Shown here piece after piece: positions 19,476-30,116 of a stretch of 64,000 bases of DNA. This stretch comes from Spirochaetaceae bacterium. GTDB taxonomy: Bacteria; Spirochaetota; Spirochaetia; DSM-2461. The stretch is taken from assembly GCA_965224705.1 (NCBI GenBank), contig OZ245056.1:1792001-1856000 (forward strand). Direction: 5' to 3'. Numbering within the stretch: position 1 is the first letter of the stretch; each line of letters starts with the position of its first letter. A model generated the notes under the pieces. It saw only the letters and a list, made by a program, of their open reading frames with translations, did not search any database and was not told the DNA's origin. The translations under genes were made by a program, and so were the position numbers.

Positions 19476-20928
19476 ATCCTGCTCTCCTGACGGCTTCCAT
19501 GAATCGGTATATTTTTTTCTCATCCTTCCATGCCTTTTTCTCATCGTTTCCTGTGACGCCAGTGGATACATCCACCAGAGCTGGATGGAATTCTCTGATA
19601 ATACCAGCCACATTCTCCGGGGTCAGTCCCCCAGCAAGCCATAAATGCCTCTGATTTGCTGCAGCTCTGACGATTTCAGGATTGAGCCGCCTGCCGCTGC
19701 CTCCCCTGATATCAGGAGAAAAGGCATCCACCAGAACAGCAGGACTTCCAGAGAAACCAATCTGCAGGGCATCTTCAGGCGATTGCAAATTGAGGGCCTT
19801 GTATGAAGGCCATGATTGAACTGTCGCCGGTGTTTCATCGCCATGGAACTGAATGAAGTCAAGAATTCCCTCTTCCAGGAGCCTGACAACATCGGCTGGC
19901 AATTCCTCTCCCGGAGAAAGAACAACCACACCCACTTTGAGCACCGGTAAATCCGCACAGGTGCGGATGAAATCCGTATCTATCTGGCGGGGAGATTCTG
20001 CCAGTACGAAACCCAGAAGATCGGCCCCTGCATCCATGGCCGTCCGGGCATCGTCCTTCCTTGTCAATCCGCAGATTTTTACCAGCGGTCTGCTTGAAGT
20101 GTATCGGGCATAAAGACGTGACCAGACGCCGTAACATCTTTCGGCTTCTCCTTTCTGTGACCATGCCTGAACAATCTTTGAAGTCAGATCCGGCTTCCGG
20201 GACACTGATTCTCCGACAAGGAAACCTGAAAAACCAGTGCCTCGTATGAAAAGAACATCGGAAGGCGTGGAAATTCCTGATTCATAAACAATATCACAGG
20301 GCCAGTCGATGAATGTCCGGATTTCCAGAGGTAGAAGTGGTTCCAGGCGAAAAAGCCTCAAATCCCGGCTGTTGATACCTACCAGAGGAGGGTGCAGGGG
20401 GCGTACTTTGTTAACATCGTCCCGGGTGTGGACCTCGACCAGACAGGTGAGACCAAGACTGTCGGCATATTCATACAAACGGCACAGTTCAGACTCATCC
20501 AGCAGGGCAGCGATGAGGAGAATGGCATCTGCTCCAGCCCTCCAGCTAACTTCCACGTCCTCCTCTGTTAGGAGAAAATCCTTCCTGAGAATGGATGCAT
20601 TCGGATGAGCCTTTTTTACAGCAATCAAATCCCCAAGGGTACCGCCGAAATGAGATTCTTCCGTAAGAACACTCATTCGATGGAATCCGGCTTTGATGTA
20701 TAATTCGGCTGAGGCTGCCGGTTCAGGAATGTCTGCAATACTTCCCTTTGAGGGACTTTTTCGCTTAATTTCGGCGATGAGAATTCCGGTATCAGTCGGG
20801 CGGTGGAAATTGATCAGCGGGGAGGTACGGGAAACAGGCAGTTTCAGCCCCTGGGAGGCTCCATATTTTTGTACACGCTGCATCCTGTCCCTGGTAATCT
20901 CCATCAGAATGTCTGGGATTTCATTCAT
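19468..20928 (-). CDS. trpCF: Fused indole-3-glycerol phosphate synthase / PRA isomerase
   Basis: IAEIKRKSPSKG, LRKDF, GINSRDL, ESGI; then VKICGLT, QFHGDE, LAGGLTPEN. Confidence 0.93.
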   Translation of the reverse strand: MNEIPDILMEITRDRMQRVQKYGASQGLKLPVSRTSPLINFHRPTDTGILIAEIKRKSPSKGSIADIPEPAASAELYIKAGFHRMSVLTEESHFGGTLGDLIAVKKAHPNASILRKDFLLTEEDVEVSWRAGADAILLIAALLDESELCRLYEYADSLGLTCLVEVHTRDDVNKVRPLHPPLVGINSRDLRLFRLEPLLPLEIRTFIDWPCDIVYESGISTPSDVLFIRGTGFSGFLVGESVSRKPDLTSKIVQAWSQKGEAERCYGVWSRLYARYTSSRPLVKICGLTRKDDARTAMDAGADLLGFVLAESPRQIDTDFIRTCADLPVLKVGVVVLSPGEELPADVVRLLEEGILDFIQFHGDETPATVQSWPSYKALNLQSPEDALQIGFSGSPAVLVDAFSPDIRGGSGRRLNPEIVRAAANQRHLWLAGGLTPENVAGIIREFHPALVDVSTGVTGNDEKKAWKDEKKIYRFMEAVRRAGYE

Positions 20929-22543
20929 GTCTTCTCTGCAAAGCCTCAACTTTTTCCGCTACAAGTCCCCCTTCAAGGGCTTCCCTGGCTTTCTTGTAAC
21001 CATCTTGAATATCCAGGGCCAGTTCCGCAATGTAAAGAGCGGCCCCGGCGTTCAGACAAACTGCTTCGCGTATGGTTTCCGGTCCCCCTCCACGGAGAAT
21101 ATCCCTGGCGATACGAGCATTTTCAGCAGCATCCCCACCGACAAGATCATCCAGCGTACAGTCCGAAATCCCCAGAGATGCGGGATTGAATTGCGACTCG
21201 GATTCCGCTCCAGATTCATCAACCATGAACAGATCCGTTGGTGCTGCCGGAGAAATTTCATCCAGACCATCAACGGAGTGGACACAAAGAATCCTTTTGA
21301 CACCCAATGCCCTTGCCGCCCTGGCCATTATGGGCAGAAGCGACTTATGATAGACTCCGATGATCTGGTAATCTGCTCCCACCGGATTTGCCAGGGGGCC
21401 AAGGCAGTTCATAATAGTTTTTATGCCCAGTGTCTGGCGAACTGGCCCGGCATAACGCATGGCTCCATGATAAAGAGGGGCGGCCATGTAAGCAAATCCG
21501 TCCCGAGTAATGCTTGAGGCGGCATCCTGGGGGGGTAAATCCGTTGGAATACCAAGGGCATTAAAGAAATCGGTGCTCCCGGACCGGGAACTTACCGAAC
21601 GGTTACCGTGTTTGGCCACTACAGCTCCACACGCTGCTGCAATCAAGGCTGAAAATGAGGAGATATTGAACGTATTCTTCCCATCGCCTCCGGTGCCGCA
21701 GGTATCCAGCACGCCCTTTATATCAAGATCGACGGAACGGCATTTGTCAACGAGAACTGAAACGAATCCAGCCAGTTCATTGTGGGTGAATCCCTTGGTG
21801 GAAAGGGCTGTAAGCATGCCGGCAATGATGATTTCATTGATGCTTCCCTCCGTGAGTTCATCCATAAATGCCGCTGCTTCATCCTGGCTGAGATCTGTTC
21901 CCTCGATGACCCGGGTCAACAAAGTCTGGCAATTCAGGGGGTTGCGCCGCCAGTGCAGAAAGTTTCTAAACAGGGATTCACCGTTTTCAGATCCAATGGA
22001 TTCCGGATGAAACTGAACGCCTTCAACAGGCCACTTGCAATGCCGGAGACCCATAATCTCGCCATCTTTTGTTCTGGCACTGATTTCCAACTCAGGGGGG
22101 ATGGAGGAAGGATTGACCGCCAGGGAATGGTAGCGAGTAAATTGAGAGGGATTGGGCAGGTTTCGCAGCACTCCTTTCCCGTCAACGAAAATCGGATCCA
22201 CCTTACCATGTACGATGGATTTTGCCTGTACGATTTCGCCCCCGAAAGCCTCGGCAATGGCCTGATGACCAAGGCAGATTCCCAGTATGGGTACCTTGCC
22301 TGCAAATTTCTTGATGACTTCTACCGAAATACCGGCCTCTGACGGTATGCCGGGTCCTGCGGAAATGATTATTCGATCCACAGGCAGTTTCCCAAGTTCA
22401 TCGACTGTAATCTGATCGTTTCGAAACACCCGAACCTCAGAGTCGGGTTCATTCTCAATCAAGCAGCTGACCATCTGGTAGATATTGTAGGTGAAGGAAT
22501 CATAATTATCGATGAGAGCTATACAGCGTTGAGAATTGCTCAT
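20921..22543 (-). CDS. trpGD: Fused anthranilate synthase component II / anthranilate phosphoribosyltransferase
   Basis: IDNYDSFTYN, GICLGHQ, QFHPES; then DTCGTGGDG, NISS, KHGNRSVSSRSGS. Confidence 0.95.
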   Translation of the reverse strand: MSNSQRCIALIDNYDSFTYNIYQMVSCLIENEPDSEVRVFRNDQITVDELGKLPVDRIIISAGPGIPSEAGISVEVIKKFAGKVPILGICLGHQAIAEAFGGEIVQAKSIVHGKVDPIFVDGKGVLRNLPNPSQFTRYHSLAVNPSSIPPELEISARTKDGEIMGLRHCKWPVEGVQFHPESIGSENGESLFRNFLHWRRNPLNCQTLLTRVIEGTDLSQDEAAAFMDELTEGSINEIIIAGMLTALSTKGFTHNELAGFVSVLVDKCRSVDLDIKGVLDTCGTGGDGKNTFNISSFSALIAAACGAVVAKHGNRSVSSRSGSTDFFNALGIPTDLPPQDAASSITRDGFAYMAAPLYHGAMRYAGPVRQTLGIKTIMNCLGPLANPVGADYQIIGVYHKSLLPIMARAARALGVKRILCVHSVDGLDEISPAAPTDLFMVDESGAESESQFNPASLGISDCTLDDLVGGDAAENARIARDILRGGGPETIREAVCLNAGAALYIAELALDIQDGYKKAREALEGGLVAEKVEALQRRHE

Positions 22544-22544
22544 A

Positions 22545-23954
22545 CTACACCACCACTCCAGCCGCCAGGGCCAGAGCTCTTAATTTCTCATTGGTTTCTT
22601 CGAGTTCCCTCTCAGGATCTGAATCATAGACAATGCCCCCCCCGGCTTGAAGGAACAGGCGGTTCTCCTTCTTCAAGGCCGTGCGAATTGAAATACAGGT
22701 ATCCAGTGTTCCCCCCGGCTCAAGGTATCCCACCAGACCTGCATAGAAGGAACGGGGCATCTTCTCAATGGCCGTCACTGTTTTCACGGCCTGTATCTTC
22801 GGGGCCCCGGACACTGTTCCGGCGGGGAAGGTGGCCCTGATAATATCAGCGGCTGTTTTCCCTTCTGCCATCCGACCCTCCACCTGACTCACAAGATGCA
22901 TCACCTTTGAATACTTTTCCACGGTCATCATTTCAGTCACCTGAATAGAACCAACGTCACAGACCCTTCCTAAATCATTGCGTCCCAGATCAACCAGCAT
23001 CAGATGCTCAGCCCGTTCCTTTTCATCCGCCAGGAGTTCGGCAGCAAGGGCCCTGTCTTCGGCTTCATTTTTTCCGCGCCTCCGGGTTCCGGCTATGGGC
23101 CGCAATATGACCCGATCCTGATTGACTTTTACATGTACCTCGGGAGATGCACCAAACAGTTGATAGTGATCATAATCCAGATAAAACTGATATGGCGAGG
23201 GATTGGAACTTCGCAATGCTCGATATGCCTCCAGTGCCGGCATTTCAGTAGCGATTTCAAGCCGACGGGATGGAACAGCCTGGAGCAGGTTCCCTTTTAT
23301 TATTTCCTGGCGGATCTGACCAACAGCTGATTTATAGGCCCTGTTCTCTTCCTTTGCAGATGCAATAATTGCAGGATAAGTGCCGGGGTTCTCCATCATG
23401 TAATTGAAGTTCATATCCTGTATCTTTGCCTCAGTCCTGTCGAGGACTTCGTCCAGGTCCATGTCATCATCCCCATAGTTGACCCCAAGAATCTGGATGA
23501 GGTCAGTATAGTGATCAAAGATGATATACACATGGCCAAAGATGAAAGCAGCCAGGGGGAGTTCCAGTGGATCGTCTCTGCTGGGAATCTCCATCCTGTC
23601 GCAGCGAGAGGCAAATTCAAACGAAAGGAACCCAATTCCGCCAGCGGGAAATGGGAACTCATACTCCTTATGAGACAACTGTGCTGCGATTTCACTCAGT
23701 ACATCCAGAATATCCTCCCCCGGCTTTCCGATTGCTCTTCGTTCTTTTCCCCGATAAAGAAATACATCATTTCCTTCCTGCCTCACCTGAAAGGCTTCTT
23801 TTATCAGAAGAACAGAATAACGCTCCCTCCCCCGGGAGAGTGATGAGGATTCAAGGATGACTCTGGCTCCAAGTTTACTTGCCAGTCCAAAGGGTGTGTG
23901 TTTTTCTCCCGGCAAAGTGCGGGTTGTGCTCGTTCCAGTGAATTGGGCAGTCAT
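22545..23954 (-). CDS. trpE: Anthranilate synthase component I
   Basis: NPSPY, GASPE, PIAGTRRRG, EHLMLVDLGRNDLGRV, FPAGTVSGAPK. Confidence 0.95.
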   Translation of the reverse strand: MTAQFTGTSTTRTLPGEKHTPFGLASKLGARVILESSSLSRGRERYSVLLIKEAFQVRQEGNDVFLYRGKERRAIGKPGEDILDVLSEIAAQLSHKEYEFPFPAGGIGFLSFEFASRCDRMEIPSRDDPLELPLAAFIFGHVYIIFDHYTDLIQILGVNYGDDDMDLDEVLDRTEAKIQDMNFNYMMENPGTYPAIIASAKEENRAYKSAVGQIRQEIIKGNLLQAVPSRRLEIATEMPALEAYRALRSSNPSPYQFYLDYDHYQLFGASPEVHVKVNQDRVILRPIAGTRRRGKNEAEDRALAAELLADEKERAEHLMLVDLGRNDLGRVCDVGSIQVTEMMTVEKYSKVMHLVSQVEGRMAEGKTAADIIRATFPAGTVSGAPKIQAVKTVTAIEKMPRSFYAGLVGYLEPGGTLDTCISIRTALKKENRLFLQAGGGIVYDSDPERELEETNEKLRALALAAGVVV

Positions 23955-24004
23955 TGTATTCAGTCCTTTGTGTTTCTATGTATAGATACAGCAGTTTACT
24001 CAGG

Positions 24005-24033
24005 AGCATATGAAGTCGCTGTACTTTTGTCAA
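24005..24033 (-). promoter_or_regulatory. Sigma70 promoter of the trp operon
   Basis: TTGACA-17-TATGCT on the minus strand. Confidence 0.65.
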
Positions 24034-24079
24034 CAGGAGCCAATGATTTCAGTTCCACACCTGCCATGTCAGAAAAATA

Positions 24080-24108
24080 TTGACTTTCCAGAGAGTTTTT
24101 AATATATT
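24080..24108 (+). promoter_or_regulatory. Sigma70 promoter of the LPP20 lipoprotein gene
   Basis: TTGACT-17-TATATT. Confidence 0.6.
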
Positions 24109-24157
24109 CCTCTGAATAGTCAACAAAATGAGCCTCCCTGTGAGGTGAGGAGAAAAA

Positions 24158-24790
24158 ATGAAAAAGAGTTTTATCAGTAATCTTGTTTTAGTCAGCGGTA
24201 TTGTTGTCATGGCCCTGGCATCCTGTGCCTCGAGACCTGCTCCTGCTGCAGCTGGAGCACCACCTATGGAGAAGAAAGCGAAGTCCCCCCCGAAGGAACG
24301 ACGTGATCTGCCTGACTTCTTCCTGAGTCCACCGGCTCCTGAGGATCAGTATGTTGGCCTTGGAATGGCCAAATTCAAGGATGACAATTTATCCAGAACG
24401 ACGGCATTGGCTCGTGCCCGTGCTGATATTGCCACCCAGGTTTCAGTCGTCGTTGAGTCAATGCTGACCGACTATGCACAGGAATCAGGCACAGATACCA
24501 ATACTCAAACCCTTACCTTTGTTGAACGAATATCAAAGGAAGTTGCCAATATTGAGTTGAGTGGTGCAATAACCAAAGAGCAATATCCTGCCAGTGATGG
24601 AACATGGTACGTGATGGTGTTTTTCCCGAAAGCCATGATGCTTGACGAGGTTCAGGAAGTCTTCAATAGAAATGAAGATGCTGCTTTTGCCGAATTCAAG
24701 GCTGGACAGGCCCTTGATCGTCTGAATGCTGAGCTGGCCAATAATCCACCGAAATCAGCAGGTCTGGAGTCACCGGTTAACAAGGAATAG
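24158..24790 (+). CDS. LPP20-family lipoprotein
   Basis: Lipobox LAS-C; GLGMA, ALARARADIA, DGTWYVMV. Confidence 0.75.
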   Translation: MKKSFISNLVLVSGIVVMALASCASRPAPAAAGAPPMEKKAKSPPKERRDLPDFFLSPPAPEDQYVGLGMAKFKDDNLSRTTALARARADIATQVSVVVESMLTDYAQESGTDTNTQTLTFVERISKEVANIELSGAITKEQYPASDGTWYVMVFFPKAMMLDEVQEVFNRNEDAAFAEFKAGQALDRLNAELANNPPKSAGLESPVNKE

Positions 24791-24800
24791 TTGAAATCAG

Positions 24801-24831
24801 CTGGAGTCTGACAGTTTAAGACAGGCTCCAG
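24801..24831 (+). terminator. Hairpin after the LPP20 gene; arms resemble MITE A termini
   Basis: CTGGAGTCTG...CAGGCTCCAG; no clear U-tail. Confidence 0.45.
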
Positions 24832-24883
24832 TCTGGTACTGCTTTCCCTGCTCTCAAAGCACCTGCTTCTTCCTGAGAGTGAG

Positions 24884-24897
24884 AGTCCGACAGATTC
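24884..24897. mobile_element. MITE family A right-end remnant
   Basis: AGTCCGACAGATTC|CTAA. Confidence 0.45.
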
Positions 24898-24962
24898 CTA
24901 ACTTCCTGTGAGTTTTCTTTTCTTGCTTCCTGCCTGACTCACCAGCCGTTAAGTAAATTATT

Positions 24963-25184
24963 GAGTGTCAGGAAGCTTGTTGATGAATTCATTTCTTCCA
25001 TCAAAAGTTTAAAACCTGATAAAACAATCATTTATACCACACCTGCCGGAAAAACATCTCATAATTCCAGAGAGTGATGCTCTGAATTACAGATGCTATT
25101 CAGTAAGAAATGACTGTATCAGACGAGAAACTTCACCTGGTCGGGTTTAAATAGAATCAGACTACAACAGGCTTCCTGACACAA
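24963..25184. mobile_element. MITE family B copy (about 220 bp)
   Basis: 18-bp IR GTGTCAGGAAGCTTGTTG (24965) / CAACAGGCTTCCTGACAC (25165-25182), one mismatch; same ends as 56350-56464. Confidence 0.7.
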
Positions 25185-25282
25185 TGTACGGATTAAGAGA
25201 TAATCCTGTATACAGCATCTGTCTGGCTATTCATTTTTCTTAGAATCATCTACGATTTGAAACAGATCTTAACCTGCAAATA

Positions 25283-26734
25283 ATGGAGTCTCTCTTGTCC
25301 AATCACATACCGTCACTTCCGCTGGATCTTGCTCTTGAGAACAAAGTTCGAGACATATCGACAGCTGAACTTGGATATAAGGAAATGCAGTTATCAGAAC
25401 TTGAAATGCCGGGTTTGATGGCTGTTATACAAAAATACGGAAGAAACAAGCCACTGAAGGGGCTCAAAGTTTCCGGTTCGCTTCACATGACAATACAAAC
25501 AGCAATGCTCATAAAAACACTGTATGAATTGGGAGCGGATCTTCGATGGGCATCCTGTAATATTTTCTCCACCCAGGACCATGCTGCCGCAGCCATTGCT
25601 GATTCCGGTATGGCCAGTGTTTTTGCCTGGAAGGATGAAACTCTTGAAGAGTATTGGTGGTGCACTGAGATGGCATTGACATGGCCTGACGCTTCAGGCC
25701 CGGACCTCATCGTTGATGATGGAGGTGATGCCACTCTCTTGATTCATAGAGGCGTTGAAGTGGAAAGGAATTCCTCAATACTGGAGAAGACATATCCTGT
25801 TAAGGAGGAAGCAATCTTGATGAGCCGACTGGCATTATCCTATAGGAACAGTCCGACAAAATGGACAAAGATGGCCAGAAATGTTCGGGGTGTGTCTGAA
25901 GAAACCACCACAGGTATTCGTCGGCTCTATCAGATGGAAAAAGACGAAAAACTGCTGTTTCCTGCCTTCAACATCAACGACTCAGTAACCAAGTCAAAGT
26001 TTGATAACCTTTACGGATGCCGTGAATCGCTTGTTGATGGCATTAAACGAGCAACCGACATTATGATTGCCGGTAAAAAGGTGGTTGTTCTTGGTTATGG
26101 GGATGTGGGAAAGGGTTGTGCTCAATCAATGAGGGGAATGGGAGCACGGGTACTGATCACTGAAATTGATCCTGTTTGTGCATTGCAGGCAGCAATGGAA
26201 GGCTATGAAGTTGTTACAATGGAGGATGTCGTTGAAAACGGGGACATCTTTATAACTGCAACTGGAAATCTCAATGTAATCAGTGGAAAGATGATGGAGC
26301 GCATGAAAGACGAAGTCATTATCTGTAATATTGGTCATTTTGACAATGAAATAGAAATGTCATATCTTGAGAACAATCCCGGATGTCTGCGTGAGAATAT
26401 TAAGCCGCAGGTTGATAGATGGAAGTTAGAATCCGGCCATTCAATAATTGTACTGGCTGAAGGACGGCTGGTCAATCTTGGATGTGCGACAGGACATCCT
26501 TCATTTGTAATGTCCAATTCTTTTACAAACCAGGCTCTCGCCCAAATTGAACTGGCAACGAATTCCAGTCTACTCAAAAAGGTGTATACCCTTCCCAGAA
26601 AACTGGATGAAGAAGTGGCTCGTCTGCACCTGGATCGAATTGGTGCAAAATTAACAACCCTTACCCGGGAGCAGGCTGACTACCTGCAGATTTCAATAGA
26701 CGGACCATTTAAATCAGAGTACTATCGATATTAA
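25283..26734 (+). CDS. ahcY: Adenosylhomocysteinase
   Basis: [55 protein letters not shown]. Confidence 0.98.
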   Translation: MESLLSNHIPSLPLDLALENKVRDISTAELGYKEMQLSELEMPGLMAVIQKYGRNKPLKGLKVSGSLHMTIQTAMLIKTLYELGADLRWASCNIFSTQDHAAAAIADSGMASVFAWKDETLEEYWWCTEMALTWPDASGPDLIVDDGGDATLLIHRGVEVERNSSILEKTYPVKEEAILMSRLALSYRNSPTKWTKMARNVRGVSEETTTGIRRLYQMEKDEKLLFPAFNINDSVTKSKFDNLYGCRESLVDGIKRATDIMIAGKKVVVLGYGDVGKGCAQSMRGMGARVLITEIDPVCALQAAMEGYEVVTMEDVVENGDIFITATGNLNVISGKMMERMKDEVIICNIGHFDNEIEMSYLENNPGCLRENIKPQVDRWKLESGHSIIVLAEGRLVNLGCATGHPSFVMSNSFTNQALAQIELATNSSLLKKVYTLPRKLDEEVARLHLDRIGAKLTTLTREQADYLQISIDGPFKSEYYRY

Positions 26735-26735
26735 A

Positions 26736-28175
26736 ATGGAAAAGAATAAAGCAGCTCGGGTTTTGGAACTACTCAACACCATTCTTGACAGTCCTGAGAG
26801 TGAGAAAATGCTGAACTCCTTAGGAATAGCAATATATAATCACAATCAACAAAGCCTTCTGTCAAAAGGCATCTGGAAAAAAATTGATGATTTAGAGGAT
26901 TCATGGTTCACTCTGCTTCACCCTGATGACAGAGAACGGGTCAAATTGGATCGACAGGCATTGTTCCGAGGTCAGCATGATTACTCCAGAGCTATTTATC
27001 GAATTCTCAATGATGATGGGAAATGGTGTTGGATTTCAGAAAAAAATGGAGTTTTGCTCAGAAATGACAATGATTCCCCATGGTTAACCATTGGGATTGG
27101 TGAAGTCTTACAGGATGTTGGAGATAAGAACGAGTCTGATTTCCAGAAAGCATGGGAAGCCGATATTCTGATTTCTACGATTGAAGTCATTATGTCAAGT
27201 CTCAATTTAGATGACACTGTCCAGCGAATTCTTGAACAGGCGGAACTGCTGATACCCTATGATCGGGCGACTATTCAAATACTGCATGATGGTTTTCTGA
27301 AAGTCTTCGGCAGTATGGGTTTTCCTGAATCAGAATCCCCAGAGGGTACCAGGTTTCCTTATCCGGAAGAAGGATCTTTGAGTACAAGGGCAATACAGGA
27401 ACGTCGACCATGGCTGAGCGATGATATTACCAGAGATTTTCCCCGATACCAGCAAGATTTAAATAAAAAGAATACTTCTCGATCCATGTTGAGTGTACCG
27501 CTGATCGCTCATGGGGATGTCATAGGATTACTGGAATTCAGCAGCAACCAGGTGAGTTTCTATAAGAAAAGACATCTTGAATCAGCCCAGGCATTTGCCA
27601 GCCCGGTTGCAATAGCATTGGAAAATTCCCGAATGCACAATGAAACTTATCAGCTTGCGATGACAGACGGTCTTACAGGAATCGGCAGTCGTCATGCATT
27701 TGATTTTAACAGTAAGTATTATCTGGAAAGAGCCAGGAGGGAGGGACGAAATCTTTCTTTTGCCATGCTTGATTTAGACTGGTTTAAGAAGGTCAATGAC
27801 GATTTTGGACACCTGATGGGGGATAAGGTACTGCAAACAGTCTGTCATACCTGTCAGAAAAAACTCAGGATCACTGATTTCATTGCACGCTATGGTGGTG
27901 AAGAGATTATCATCCTTTTTCCCGATACTTCCGTAGAAACCGCAGAACAAATTGTCAAGAGGATCTGTCAGGAAGTTTCACAATTGAAAATAGAAGGTAT
28001 AAACCGCCCGATTACCCTGAGTGCCGGTATCACATCCTTTTCTCCTGCGATGGACACAGATCTGAACGATTTAATCAGGGCCGCCGATGAAGCACTCTAT
28101 CAATCGAAGGCAAACGGAAGAAACCGCATCACTGTTTATCAAAAGAAGAGAAGCACTAACCGGCGGAGAGCCTGA
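26736..28175 (+). CDS. PAS-GAF-GGDEF diguanylate cyclase
   Basis: LHPDDRERV (PAS), SVPLIAHGDVIG (GAF), DLDWFKKVND, RITD I-site, RYGGEEI. Confidence 0.93.
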   Translation: MEKNKAARVLELLNTILDSPESEKMLNSLGIAIYNHNQQSLLSKGIWKKIDDLEDSWFTLLHPDDRERVKLDRQALFRGQHDYSRAIYRILNDDGKWCWISEKNGVLLRNDNDSPWLTIGIGEVLQDVGDKNESDFQKAWEADILISTIEVIMSSLNLDDTVQRILEQAELLIPYDRATIQILHDGFLKVFGSMGFPESESPEGTRFPYPEEGSLSTRAIQERRPWLSDDITRDFPRYQQDLNKKNTSRSMLSVPLIAHGDVIGLLEFSSNQVSFYKKRHLESAQAFASPVAIALENSRMHNETYQLAMTDGLTGIGSRHAFDFNSKYYLERARREGRNLSFAMLDLDWFKKVNDDFGHLMGDKVLQTVCHTCQKKLRITDFIARYGGEEIIILFPDTSVETAEQIVKRICQEVSQLKIEGINRPITLSAGITSFSPAMDTDLNDLIRAADEALYQSKANGRNRITVYQKKRSTNRRRA

Positions 28176-28249
28176 AAGGTGTCCTAAAAATATGAGTTTC
28201 ATGGAGGCGCACAGTAGAGTATTCATGTGCTTTCAATTAATATGAAATT

Positions 28250-29179
28250 GTGAATCCAACCTATAATCACCTTGCTCTCTTCTTCTACATCGTTACAGTT
28301 GGATTTACCTCTGTCGTGGTTGCCCTGAGCCTTCTTTACTGGATGAGGAAAAAAAACTCCGGCCGTTTTAACACATTCATTCTTTACGCTTATCTGGCTT
28401 TTCTCTTATTGCTTGGCGGCATGAGGTTTTACTGGGAAGAGATCTTTTCCGGCGGCCGTGGAGCAATCCTTGGCACTGGACTGGCAGAATTTGCCGGATA
28501 TGCCCTGCTGCTCTACTATCTGCCAGCGACAGTCAACCATATTATCGGCCGATCCTGGACACCCCTGCGCCTGTCAGTGATGATAACTGCCAGCACAGTG
28601 TACTTCATACTGAGTACGGTTTATCTGTTTACTCGATTACTCAAACAGATTGCTCTGGCAGCCACCCTTCTGTACATCATTTCTCTTGCTGTCATTCTTG
28701 TTGACATCGTTCGAGTAATGTCATTGATAAAACAGGGGACAACCAGGAGAACTGTTCTTATGGTAACTCTTCTTACAATCGCATTTCTTCCCCTGGTTAT
28801 GGTGGGACAACTCTGGGACGGCAGTGGAGGACAATGGGAGATGACGCTCTCCCTGCGTTTCATGCTTCTTTCACTCTATTACTTCTTGATGGCGCTGTCG
28901 GGCATTGTTTTTTACATGAAGGAGATGTCCAGCGACATCGGCAGGCAGGCCGTCGAGTATACACAGGGTATTGATATCAATGTTGATCTTCCTCTTACAG
29001 TCAGGGAAAAGGATGTAGCGGATTCTGTTGTCAGGGGCTTAACCTATGAAGAAATTGCAGAAAATCTTGATATCAGCCCAAACACTGTTCGAAATCATGT
29101 GTCAAATCTATATAGAAAACTATCAGTTCGTTCAAAGATTGAGCTGATTCAAGTTCTCGGCGGTAGGCAAAACTACTGA
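28250..29179 (+). CDS. Membrane-anchored LuxR-family regulator
   Basis: About 7 TM helices, then LTVREKDV..GLTYEEIAENLDISPNTVRNHVSNLYRKL. Confidence 0.88.
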   Translation: MNPTYNHLALFFYIVTVGFTSVVVALSLLYWMRKKNSGRFNTFILYAYLAFLLLLGGMRFYWEEIFSGGRGAILGTGLAEFAGYALLLYYLPATVNHIIGRSWTPLRLSVMITASTVYFILSTVYLFTRLLKQIALAATLLYIISLAVILVDIVRVMSLIKQGTTRRTVLMVTLLTIAFLPLVMVGQLWDGSGGQWEMTLSLRFMLLSLYYFLMALSGIVFYMKEMSSDIGRQAVEYTQGIDINVDLPLTVREKDVADSVVRGLTYEEIAENLDISPNTVRNHVSNLYRKLSVRSKIELIQVLGGRQNY

Positions 29180-29191
29180 CAGCAAGTCCTC

Positions 29192-29968
29192 TCACGCCAG
29201 AATAACTTCAATTTGCTGTTCTTCCAGCTGTTTGTATGTTGATTCATTCAATCCGGTATCAGTGACCAGCACATCAAACTGACTGATTTCAGCAAAGAAG
29301 TTTGAACTGATTACACCAAATTTTGATGAATCGGCCAGAAGGATACTCTTAGCCGATGTGTCTATGGCCGTTGATTTACTCCCCCTCTCATAGCTGTTAC
29401 GGCAGGTAACGCCGAGTTCAAGAGAAATACCAGCAGCCGATATAAATGCCTTGGCGGCCCTGTGTCGTTTGATCAATGTCAGGCCTTCCCGGCTTTCAAA
29501 CATCAGTGTTTTTTCATGGAAGACACCACCGGTGAAGATAGATTTCACCCGCTTCATCCCGGCTGTAATGTTCATTATATTCAGAGAAAAACCGATTACA
29601 GTCAGATCCATATCCCTGGGTAAATTCGCAGCGAGGTATTCTGTTGTTGACCCAATATCGATTATCAATGAATCCGAGTTCTCGATAAGCTTTGCCGCCT
29701 GCTTCCCTATGCGGTGCTTTGCATCGGATTGAGTGGTCTCTGCCTCACTGAGAGAGTATGGATGTTCCTCTATTCTCCTTGCAAGTCGGGGACTGAGAAT
29801 CACCCCGCCATGAATCAGTTTCACGGCATCATCGGAAACCAGTTCTTCGACATCCCGGCGTACAGTCATGTGGGAGACTCCAAGTTGACTGGCTACCAAT
29901 CGTATTGGGAGACCATTCTCTTTTTTTAAAATATTCAGAATCATTGTTTTTCGATTGGATTTATTCAA
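29192..29968 (-). CDS. DeoR/GlpR family transcriptional regulator
   Basis: HTH VSHMTVRRD, HGG, IDIGSTT, LLADSSKFG. Confidence 0.93.
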   Translation of the reverse strand: MNKSNRKTMILNILKKENGLPIRLVASQLGVSHMTVRRDVEELVSDDAVKLIHGGVILSPRLARRIEEHPYSLSEAETTQSDAKHRIGKQAAKLIENSDSLIIDIGSTTEYLAANLPRDMDLTVIGFSLNIMNITAGMKRVKSIFTGGVFHEKTLMFESREGLTLIKRHRAAKAFISAAGISLELGVTCRNSYERGSKSTAIDTSAKSILLADSSKFGVISSNFFAEISQFDVLVTDTGLNESTYKQLEEQQIEVILA

Positions 29969-30081
29969 CTTCTATCCTTTTTGCCTGTGTTTGAGGAGTT
30001 TCCTGCCATGGGGTACATGCTGATAATACTGAACTGAACTTCGTATGGGAACGGAGGTGGGGGAGGATGCGTAGAAAAAGT

Positions 30082-30110
30082 TTGCATTATGATGCCGCAG
30101 AGTGTAAACT
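30082..30110 (+). promoter_or_regulatory. Sigma70 promoter, probable leaderless tyrA mRNA
   Basis: TTGCAT-17-TAAACT-6 nt-ATG, no SD. Confidence 0.65.
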
Positions 30111-30116
30111 GACACC

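Noticed and set aside
18582..19490. 302-aa antisense ORF and other long shadow ORFs (e.g. 20693-21517, 38683-39327, 47457-48128)
   Set aside because: They lie opposite confidently identified genes and show no motifs.
17477..23954. trpGD and trpCF fusions as novelty
   Set aside because: Both fusion types are well known.
23955..24005. trp attenuator, leader peptide or T-box
   Set aside because: The leader is only about 45 nt, with no Trp-codon peptide or terminator.
24900..25282. SAH/SAM riboswitch upstream of ahcY
   Set aside because: I recognised no consensus by eye and the space is largely MITE B; an Rfam scan would settle it.
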